The notes under the pieces are model-generated. The model was not told the origin of the DNA and did no database searches. It was given only the letters and a program-made list of their open reading frames with translations. DNA of 40,159 nucleotides. Origin: Kayfunavirus MT1B1P3. Made by a program: the position numbers and the translations under genes. Shown here one piece after another: positions 1-6,488 of the stretch. Location: sequence record OZ035815.1; one strand, written 5' to 3'. The first letter of the stretch is position 1. Each line of letters starts with the position of its first letter.

Positions 1-29
1 AAAACGATTAAAGGAGGCAGTGGTAAAAC

Positions 30-293
30 ATGACGCAGATGGACTTAGAGAAGTTCCTCTTAATGCTAGATACTGAACGTGCTCGACTCATGCTGCAAGA
101 CCTGCGGGATGACACTAAGCGTTCACCTCAGCTCTACAACGCCATTGAGAAGCTGCTTGCTCGTCACAACTTTGTGTTAAGCAAGGTGTCTGTTGACGAG
201 AAGACGCTCGCTGATATGGAGGCCCTGAACGCAGAGTACGATAAGGTGCTCTCAGCTACAGAAGATAATGACACCGGGTATGGTGTTCAATAA
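30..293 (+). CDS. 18: DNA packaging protein A / small terminase subunit (T7 gp18-like)
   Basis: 87-aa ORF with SD (aaaggagg) upstream; recalled similarity to T7 gp18 (FLxMLDT...RSPQLYNAI.KLL.RH.F); position immediately before 18.5 and 19. Confidence 0.8.
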   Translation: MTQMDLEKFLLMLDTERARLMLQDLRDDTKRSPQLYNAIEKLLARHNFVLSKVSVDEKTLADMEALNAEYDKVLSATEDNDTGYGVQ

Positions 294-295
294 GT

Positions 296-345
296 GTTAG
301 ACTCAAGGTCATTACTATATGTAGTGGCCTTTATGGTTAACACTA
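296..345 (+). promoter_or_regulatory. putative RNase III processing site (R18.5-like)
   Basis: motif gactcaaggtcat...gtggcctttatgGtta; near-identical motif recurs at 9741 and 16941 and resembles the T7 R1.1 site from memory. Confidence 0.35.
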
Positions 346-394
346 ACTAGTGGAGGCGACTCTACGTGAAATCTGATAAACCGGGAGGGCAACT

Positions 395-844
395 ATGCTC
401 GAATTTTTAAAGAGAGCGGCTCCGTGGTTACTTGCAGCAGTGATGTTTGCTGGTGGCTACCACACCGCTAACAATAAGTGGGAGGCTAAGGTCAATGAAG
501 AATACACCTCGAATCTTAAGGCATCGGAAGATACAAGGCTTGCTGTCCAAGCTGAAGTCAACAAAGTGTCCAAACGGTTTCAGGACGAAATGTCCTCGCT
601 GGAAGGCAGCACTGATAGGATTATTGCTGACCTTCAGTCTGACAATAAGCGGCTGCGCATCCGAGTCAAGCCAACGAGTGGAACCACGCAAAGTGACGGT
701 CGATGCGTCATTGATGGTTACGCCGAACTTGACGAACGAGATGCTAAACGTCTTATCGCCATCGGAGTGAAAGGAGACAAGTGGATTAAGGCCCTTCAGG
801 ACACTGTGAGAGCCTTGCAGCAAGATAAGGAGGTGACGCATTGA
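395..844 (+). CDS. 18.5: Rz-like i-spanin (T7 gp18.5-like)
   Basis: 149-aa ORF with N-terminal hydrophobic segment ([14 protein letters not shown]), between gene 18 and terminase large subunit as in T7. Confidence 0.75.
   Translation: MLEFLKRAAPWLLAAVMFAGGYHTANNKWEAKVNEEYTSNLKASEDTRLAVQAEVNKVSKRFQDEMSSLEGSTDRIIADLQSDNKRLRIRVKPTSGTTQSDGRCVIDGYAELDERDAKRLIAIGVKGDKWIKALQDTVRALQQDKEVTH
495..770 (+). CDS. 18.7: Rz1-like o-spanin embedded in +1 frame of 18.5 (T7 gp18.7-like)
   Basis: ORF inside 18.5 in another frame; lipobox-like LTISGC followed by ASES; recalled similarity to T7 gp18.7 (PRWKxALIGL...ISGCASES...EMLNV); ATG at 495 has SD ggagg 9 nt upstream (ORF track starts earlier at 447). Confidence 0.7.
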   Translation: MKNTPRILRHRKIQGLLSKLKSTKCPNGFRTKCPRWKAALIGLLLTFSLTISGCASESSQRVEPRKVTVDASLMVTPNLTNEMLNVLSPSE

Positions 845-2604
845 GTAAAGATTTAGTGGCGCGTCAGGCGCTAATGACTGCCCGTATGAAGGCAGACTTC
901 GTGTTCTTCCTGTTCGTCCTGTGGAAAGCCCTGTCACTACCAGTCCCGACTCGCTGTCAGATTGACATGGCGAAGAAACTATCGGCTGGGGACAACAGGC
1001 GTTTCATCCTACAGGCGTTCCGTGGTATCGGGAAGTCATTCATAACGTGCGCATTCGTGGTATGGAAACTGTGGAACAACCCAGACTTGAAGTTCATGAT
1101 TGTGTCGGCCTCAAAGGAACGAGCAGATGCGAACTCCATATTCATCAAGCGAATCATCGACCTCATGCCTCAGCTTCAGGAACTTAAACCTAAGCAGGGG
1201 CAGCGAGATGCTGTTATCAGCTTCGACGTTGGACCAGCCAAGCCAGATCACTCACCTTCGGTTAAGTCCGTTGGTATCACTGGTCAGTTGACTGGTAGTC
1301 GTGCTGACATCCTGATTGCCGATGACGTGGAGGTTCCGAACAACTCAGCGACTCAGGCTGCACGAGACCGTCTGTCAGAGCTTGTGAAAGAGTTCGACGC
1401 TATCCTGAAGCCGGGAGGTACAATCATCTATCTGGGTACTCCTCAGAACGAGATGACCTTGTATCGTGAGCTGGAAGGTCGTGGATATACCACTACCATC
1501 TGGCCCGCTCGCTACCCACGCGATAAGAAGGACTGGCAGTCTTACGGAGACCGTCTGGCTCCTATGCTTCAGGCAGAGCTTGAAGAGGACCCTGAGTCCT
1601 TCTACTGGCGTCCTACCGATGAAGTACGATTCGATGATACGGACCTGAAGGAACGTGAGCTGTCCTATGGTAAAGCTGGCTTCGCTCTACAATTCATGCT
1701 TAACCCTAACCTGAGTGATGCCGAGAAGTACCCTCTGAAGCTCCGTGACCTTATCGTAGCAGACTTGGACCCAGCGTCTAGCCCAATGGTCTACCAATGG
1801 CTTCCTAACCCTCAGAACAAGCGTGAGGACGTTCCTAACGTTGGACTCATGGGTGACTCATACCACACGTATCAGACTGTAGGTTCTGCCTTCAGTTCGT
1901 ACACCCAGAAGATTCTGGTCATTGACCCTAGTGGTCGTGGTAAGGATGAAACAGGTTATGCGGTACTGTACCAGCTAAACGGCTACATCTTCGCTATGGA
2001 AGTTGGCGGTATGCGAGGTGGCTATGAAGACTCTACGCTGGAAGCCTTGGCTAAGATTGGTCGTAAGTGGAAGGTAAACGAATACGTCATTGAGGGTAAC
2101 TTCGGTGATGGTATGTACCTTGAGCTATTCAAGCCTGTAGCTTCCCGTATTCATCCTGCTGCTGTAACTGAAGTGAAGAGTAAGGGTCAGAAGGAACTAC
2201 GCATCTGTGACGTTCTGGAGCCTATCATGGGGTCTCACCGACTTATCGTCAACGCTGCTGCTATCGTCCAAGATTACCAGTCTGCCTCTGATAAGGATGG
2301 TGTTCGTAACCCTATCTATTCTCTCTTCTACCAGATGACACGTATCTCTCGTGAACGTGGAGCATTGGCACACGATGACCGACTTGATGCGCTGGCTATC
2401 GGTGTACAGTTCTTCGTTGAGTCTATGGCGAAGGATGCCAACAAAGGCGAACGTGAAGTCACTGAGGAGTGGCTGGAGGAACAGATGGAGAACCCACGGA
2501 AAGGCTTCGAGTCCATCCACACGGAGTTCTGGGACAATGGGGTCCGGGTAACTCACGATACGGACGACGAGCTGGGACTAGGGTCCTACGTTACGTTCCA
2601 CTAG
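841..2604 (+). CDS. 19: terminase large subunit (T7 gp19-like)
   Basis: 587-aa ORF; strong recalled similarity to T7 gp19 ([83 protein letters not shown]); TTG start at 841 has SD aaggagg 7 nt upstream; alternative ATG at 874. Confidence 0.95.
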   Translation: MSKDLVARQALMTARMKADFVFFLFVLWKALSLPVPTRCQIDMAKKLSAGDNRRFILQAFRGIGKSFITCAFVVWKLWNNPDLKFMIVSASKERADANSIFIKRIIDLMPQLQELKPKQGQRDAVISFDVGPAKPDHSPSVKSVGITGQLTGSRADILIADDVEVPNNSATQAARDRLSELVKEFDAILKPGGTIIYLGTPQNEMTLYRELEGRGYTTTIWPARYPRDKKDWQSYGDRLAPMLQAELEEDPESFYWRPTDEVRFDDTDLKERELSYGKAGFALQFMLNPNLSDAEKYPLKLRDLIVADLDPASSPMVYQWLPNPQNKREDVPNVGLMGDSYHTYQTVGSAFSSYTQKILVIDPSGRGKDETGYAVLYQLNGYIFAMEVGGMRGGYEDSTLEALAKIGRKWKVNEYVIEGNFGDGMYLELFKPVASRIHPAAVTEVKSKGQKELRICDVLEPIMGSHRLIVNAAAIVQDYQSASDKDGVRNPIYSLFYQMTRISRERGALAHDDRLDALAIGVQFFVESMAKDANKGEREVTEEWLEEQMENPRKGFESIHTEFWDNGVRVTHDTDDELGLGSYVTFH

Positions 2605-2700
2605 CTGAATGAATAACTATAGGCGAAAACTGAATTAATAAGCAGTTAGTAACCTATAGTTACTACCAGTCTAACCTACTGTTTTACAAGGAGTTTGGAC

Positions 2701-2721
2701 TTAACTATCACTATAGGGAAG
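2701..2721 (+). promoter_or_regulatory. phage RNAP promoter (phiOR-like, after gene 19)
   Basis: ttaactatcactatagggaag matches the in-window promoter consensus; same position as T7 phiOR. Confidence 0.6.
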
Positions 2722-2901
2722 ACCCCCGGTTACTTATAGTATTACTGTAGTGAATATACATATGCAGACTTTATGCAAGACCTTAGGAGGCAGACTCCGA
2801 GTTCTTACCTAAGGCTTGCACCGATGGAAGGAGGGTGATATTAATCATAATCCCTCCAATACAGATAGTCACCGACCATAGATACAGGAGGTATGTAGCA
2901 T

Positions 2902-3060
2902 ATGGCAAAGACCAAAGCTGTACTTAAAGCTCTGGCGACCAATCGAGCTACATACAGGTTTCTTGCTGCTGTTCTACTTGCTGCTGGCGTTACTGCTGGA
3001 AGTCAGTGGGTCGGGTGGGTCGAGACTCTCGTATGTTCTCTGGTGTCTCAGTGTAATTAA
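2902..3060 (+). CDS. 19.5: small protein gp19.5-like
   Basis: 52-aa ORF translated by hand (MAKTKAVLKALATNRATYRFLAAVLLAAGVTAGSQWVGWVETLVCSLVSQCN); SD ggagg upstream; position and TYRFL motif resemble T7 gp19.5; below the ORF-track size cutoff. Confidence 0.55.
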   Translation: MAKTKAVLKALATNRATYRFLAAVLLAAGVTAGSQWVGWVETLVCSLVSQCN

Positions 3061-3093
3061 CGCAATCATGGTAACGATTCATGAGCGGAAGAC

Positions 3094-3136
3094 CTAAGGT
3101 CAGTACGTGGATAAAGACCCACTCTACTGACCTTAG
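3094..3136. repeat. perfect 12-bp inverted repeat (ctaaggtcagta / tactgaccttag) with 19-nt loop
   Basis: direct reading of sequence; lies between gene 19.5 and the inferred genome right end. Confidence 0.6.
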
Positions 3137-3299
3137 CTACTGTAGTCAAGGACTTTAGGTAACACCTTAAGAGAAGCTCACTTAGGGTCATCCTACTTAT
3201 TGGTCTATCCTAGTGTCGCCTGACCTACGGTCCTTGACCTACAGTGGCTGTGGCCTACAGTAGTGACGATGAGTTTTGGACCAAAAGTTTGAGACCACA

Positions 3300-3535
3300 T
3301 CTCACAGTTCAAGAACCTCAAGTCTCCCCATAGGCCCTCTTTAAGTCCAGACCAAAGGCCCTACCCGTTACTACTCCTTGCAGTCACAGCCAGTCTGTCA
3401 TAAGGTTGGACCGATGGTCAGGACTTCAGGTCAACGATAGGTCTAGGCTATGGCTTATGGAAGGACGATAGGTAGAGGCTATAGGTCTTCTTTGAGTCTC
3501 TATCTGTATAGTGTTATAGTATAACATTACGTCCT
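3300..3535. other. inferred physical genome left end and collapsed terminal repeat
   Basis: tctcacagttcaagaacctcaagtctccccatagg at 3300 resembles the recalled T7 left-end sequence (TCTCACAGTGTACGGACCTAAAGTTCCCCCATAGG); flanked by cctacag-type short repeats on both sides, as in the T7 concatemer junction; exact boundaries not determinable. Confidence 0.4.
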
Positions 3536-3538
3536 ACA

Positions 3539-3662
3539 CCTACAGTCTCACTAACCTACAGTCTCACTAACCTACAGTCTCACTAACCTACAGTCTCACT
3601 AACCTACAGTCTCACTAACCTACAGTCTCACTAACCTACAGTCTCACTAACCTACAGTCTCA
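3539..3662. repeat. tandem array of a 16-bp unit (cctacagtctcactaa), 7 full copies plus one partial
   Basis: counted directly: units at 3539, 3555, 3571, 3587, 3603, 3619, 3635 and a partial at 3651-3662; analogous in position to the T7 short-repeat array next to the terminal repeat. Confidence 0.9.
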
Positions 3663-3812
3663 ACCATAAGACACCAACACCTACAGTCATAGATCTACAG
3701 TTACTAGACACAGAGCTATAGACTTAAGGTCCAAGACATGTTAGTCAAAGACTATATCCTCTTACACCATGAGGCCGACGATAGCTTAATCAGTATTATT
3801 TCAAATTACCTA

Positions 3813-3841
3813 TTGACTATAGGTCAAGGATATGGCCTAAT
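3813..3841 (+). promoter_or_regulatory. candidate host sigma70 early promoter (A1-like)
   Basis: TTGACT -35, 17-bp spacer, cctaat -10; about 510 bp from inferred left end, like T7 A1. Confidence 0.3.
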
Positions 3842-3952
3842 AGCTTCCGTCAACACGACACGGCAACAACCGGATAGTGAAGACGCCGGTCCGGTCCGGT
3901 TAAGTAGTCAGCCTGTAAGACATACGAACAACAGGCAACCGACAGAAAGTAG

Positions 3953-3982
3953 TTGACAAGAAGTATATAATTAAAGTATTAT
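3953..3982 (+). promoter_or_regulatory. candidate host sigma70 early promoter (A2-like)
   Basis: TTGACA -35, 18-bp spacer, TATTAT -10. Confidence 0.4.
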
Positions 3983-4221
3983 GAATCTAAAGCAGTAAGA
4001 CGCCACCACGGAATTGGTAGCAGGTACACTCTAACCGCCTCACTAAGAGTAAATTGAGGGGCCGGGCTTCACCGAGTGAAGAAGGTCTGATTGTCGGATA
4101 CTAAGTTACTACCTATAGCGCGGTAACAGAGAACGTTGGGAACTACGCAATACCCCGAGTTGGACAGCCAACAATGCTCTTTAACAATCTGGATAAACTC
4201 TTAATGTACGCAGATAGCGAC

Positions 4222-4277
4222 TAACTACAGGGCCTTTGAGTCTACATCTGAAGGCCCTGACTGATAGTCACTAACTT
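4222..4277 (+). promoter_or_regulatory. putative early-mRNA processing hairpin (RNase III-like)
   Basis: inverted repeat agggcctt...aaggccct followed by ctgactgatagtcactaac, a motif repeated upstream of the next early genes. Confidence 0.3.
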
Positions 4278-4282
4278 AACGG

Positions 4283-4537
4283 ATGAACACTATGAAACAC
4301 TTAAGCACAATCACTAATCACAATGAAGTATTCGTGAACACTAAAGGTTATGCGTGGATTCAGCTTAAAGAGATGACAGGAGCGCGTCACCGTGTGGTAG
4401 TGCGCAAGGTCTCAAGCAAGCCGTTCAGCAACTACAGCATAGATACTGTGCGCATAGACAACGAGACCTACCTGATAGATTCGCAGATAACCGTGAGTCC
4501 TACAGCGGGCGTCTCAGCTCCTTATTTCGCTAACTGA
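4283..4537 (+). CDS. hypothetical early protein (basic, 84 aa)
   Basis: first ORF after the host-promoter region; no similarity recognised; T7 has no gene before 0.3. Confidence 0.45.
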   Translation: MNTMKHLSTITNHNEVFVNTKGYAWIQLKEMTGARHRVVVRKVSSKPFSNYSIDTVRIDNETYLIDSQITVSPTAGVSAPYFAN

Positions 4538-4610
4538 GAGTGATTAACTACAGGTCGTTAGACTTATAGCGGCCTGACTGATAGTCACTAACAACTGAGA
4601 GGATATAACT

Positions 4611-5141
4611 ATGGAACGTAACGCTAACGCATACTATGAGCTGCTGGCTGCAACCGTTGAGCTGTTCAATGAGCGTATTCAGTGCGACGAAATAGCTGAA
4701 GGCGATGACTACAGTGATGCGCTGCATGAGGTCGTAGACGGTAATGTTCCGCATTATTACCACGAGATTTACACGGTGATGGCTGCTGATGGTATTGACA
4801 ATGAGTTCGAAGACTCTGGGCTGATGCCTGAGACCAAGGACGTAACGCGTATACTACAAGCTCGCATCTATGAGGCACTGTATAACGATGTGTCTAATAG
4901 CTCTGAGGTGGTCTGGTTTGAGGCTGAAGAGGAAGACGAAAAGGCTGAAGAGGAGGACGAAAAGGCTGAATATTGGGTAGTTGACACTAGAACAGGCGAG
5001 ATAATTGAGGCAGCTGTATCACTTTGCGAGGCTATTGCATGTGCAAAAGAACTCTATGAGGAAGGTTTTCACATGCAGGTCGAAGACATCAACGATAACG
5101 TAGTGTTCGATCCTGAGGCTGCTGAGGAGGACTGCGAGTGA
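4611..5141 (+). CDS. 0.3: Ocr-like DNA-mimic anti-restriction protein with C-terminal extension (T7 gp0.3-like)
   Basis: strong recalled similarity to T7 Ocr (VPHYY..I..VMA..GID.EFEDSGLMP.TKDV.RILQARIYE); 176 aa versus about 117 in T7; very acidic; SD gagagga upstream. Confidence 0.85.
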   Translation: MERNANAYYELLAATVELFNERIQCDEIAEGDDYSDALHEVVDGNVPHYYHEIYTVMAADGIDNEFEDSGLMPETKDVTRILQARIYEALYNDVSNSSEVVWFEAEEEDEKAEEEDEKAEYWVVDTRTGEIIEAAVSLCEAIACAKELYEEGFHMQVEDINDNVVFDPEAAEEDCE

Positions 5142-5308
5142 TGGTAACTTATGGTCTCTGCCAGCACCACGTCACCAACGCCCGGCTTATGGTCAAGACC
5201 GGGAGATTAAACCACGAGGAGTCTATGCGCCTCTTGAAAGTGGTCTACAGGAGACGCAAGCGCATACACGACAGCCTACACGCTGAGGACAAGAAATATT
5301 TACCATAG
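5141..5308 (+). CDS. hypothetical small early protein (55 aa)
   Basis: hand-translated ORF; ATG overlaps the Ocr stop (tgATGg), suggesting translational coupling; basic C-terminus; below ORF-track cutoff. Confidence 0.3.
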   Translation: MVTYGLCQHHVTNARLMVKTGRLNHEESMRLLKVVYRRRKRIHDSLHAEDKKYLP

Positions 5309-5410
5309 CCTGACCATAACGCTGACAGGTGGGTACTGAGTGTTAAACTACAGGTCATCTACATGGTGGCCTGAGTGATTACCACTTGATAACTACAGAA
5401 GGAAAGAATA

Positions 5411-5758
5411 ATGACTGCTAAAACTCGCAATGTATTCTCGGTAGCATTTAAACTCAACGTTGTTAACTACTACACCTCTCTGCCTGAGGGAGTTATGGAT
5501 AGGGTGACTGAAACCGCCCAAAAGTTCGGGGTGGGAACGAGTTCGGTGAAGCGCTGGTTTACTCAGTATATCCGTGGTGAGCTTGCCATGGAAAACGCCA
5601 TTGCGGTGAGTCGCCGGCCTTCTAAGGTAATAACAGGTGATATTTACCACCTTGCAGGAAAGGACTTCAAGTCCAAAGAGGAGGCGATACGCTATGCGGT
5701 TGAGCTTGCTGGTGGGCTGACTGTAAGCAAGATGACCACTGTATCGGTGGAAGTGTAA
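5411..5758 (+). CDS. early protein with N-terminal transposase-like helix-turn-helix (IS3 OrfA-like HTH)
   Basis: N-terminus FSVAFKLNVVNYY...VTETAQKFGVGTSSVKRWFTQY resembles the IS3/IS911-family OrfA HTH pattern (FSxEFK...VA..xGV....L..W.KQY) from memory. Confidence 0.5.
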   Translation: MTAKTRNVFSVAFKLNVVNYYTSLPEGVMDRVTETAQKFGVGTSSVKRWFTQYIRGELAMENAIAVSRRPSKVITGDIYHLAGKDFKSKEEAIRYAVELAGGLTVSKMTTVSVEV

Positions 5759-5847
5759 CCGTGTAAGGCCTAGCTGAGTGATAGACGAGAGGTCATCGAC
5801 TGATAGGTGGCCTCAAAGATTACCACTTAAATTGATAGAGGTTAACT

Positions 5848-5937
5848 ATGAGTGTTGGACATTTGGTATGCTTATCTCCGGTCATCTTTCTGATAGCTTG
5901 GGGGATATACGACTGTATTAAACGGAAATCACTATGA
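5848..5937 (+). CDS. possible small hydrophobic peptide (29 aa)
   Basis: hand-translated MSVGHLVCLSPVIFLIAWGIYDCIKRKSL; stop overlaps next start (ATGA); speculative. Confidence 0.2.
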   Translation: MSVGHLVCLSPVIFLIAWGIYDCIKRKSL

Positions 5938-6131
5938 GTCTTGCACTATTGATAGCCATAGGCTATGGACTTATCGCCTACGTGCTGGTGAGAGACATCA
6001 ATAAAGCGCATAGAGTATACAAATTAAACTATGTACGTCTGGGCCGCTGGACTGTACGTCAACCTAACGGACGATTCATGCGCAACTTAGCGAACGTCTG
6101 GGATATAGCAACTATTGGGAGCAAACTGTAA
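5934..6131 (+). CDS. hypothetical early protein with N-terminal transmembrane-like segment
   Basis: 65-aa ORF, N-terminus LALLIAIGYGLIAYVLV hydrophobic; end overlaps next start (taATG). Confidence 0.4.
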   Translation: MSLALLIAIGYGLIAYVLVRDINKAHRVYKLNYVRLGRWTVRQPNGRFMRNLANVWDIATIGSKL

Positions 6132-6391
6132 TGAAAACAGTATACATTAACAAGCCATCTATCCGTAGCCGTATAGAGCAAATACAGCGTGACGAGTTCT
6201 TACATCGCCGCATGAAGGCTGAGGGCCATGAGTACGAACTGATGTGTCTGGCGTATGGTGGACGACCGATCACTGACGATGGTAAACTTTTAGTCTCAGG
6301 CTGGAAGGCGATGGACCAACGGTCAACCATCAAGCACACGACCAATGGTGACTTCAGCCATCTCCACGCTAACCAACTGATATGCAAGTGA
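6131..6391 (+). CDS. hypothetical early protein (86 aa)
   Basis: ORF with SD gggag 9 nt upstream; occupies the slot just upstream of gene 1 where T7 has the 0.7 kinase, but far too small to be a kinase. Confidence 0.45.
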   Translation: MKTVYINKPSIRSRIEQIQRDEFLHRRMKAEGHEYELMCLAYGGRPITDDGKLLVSGWKAMDQRSTIKHTTNGDFSHLHANQLICK

Positions 6392-6398
6392 TTATGAC

Positions 6399-6419
6399 TT
6401 AACTATCACTTTAGGACTA
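6399..6419 (+). promoter_or_regulatory. degenerate phage-promoter-like sequence upstream of gene 1
   Basis: ttaactatcactttaggac: matches the consensus except A to T at -3; function uncertain. Confidence 0.2.
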
Positions 6420-6488
6420 AAGGTCTAAGACTACAAGTGAAAGACCAAAGAGACTCTAAGTGAAAGACTAATAACAAGGACTTTAAGT

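Noticed and set aside
428-937. 169-aa ORF on the minus strand overlapping the 18.5/18.7 spanin genes and the start of terminase
   Set aside because: Antisense to well-supported + strand genes in a genome where all recognised genes are on the + strand; no SD or homology; typical shadow ORF.
2840-2870. Inverted repeat ggaggg...ccctcc between gene 19 and 19.5
   Set aside because: Short 6-bp arms with a long 16-nt loop that overlaps SD-like sequence; too weak to call a structured element.
3539-3662. Possible CRISPR array (regular direct repeats)
   Set aside because: The 16-bp units are contiguous with no spacers; this is a simple tandem repeat adjacent to the genome terminus, not a CRISPR array.
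3738-3956. 72-aa + strand ORF in the early promoter region
   Set aside because: Lies between and over the candidate sigma70 promoters, has no convincing ribosome-binding site, and the corresponding T7 region is non-coding; translation cannot be fully excluded.
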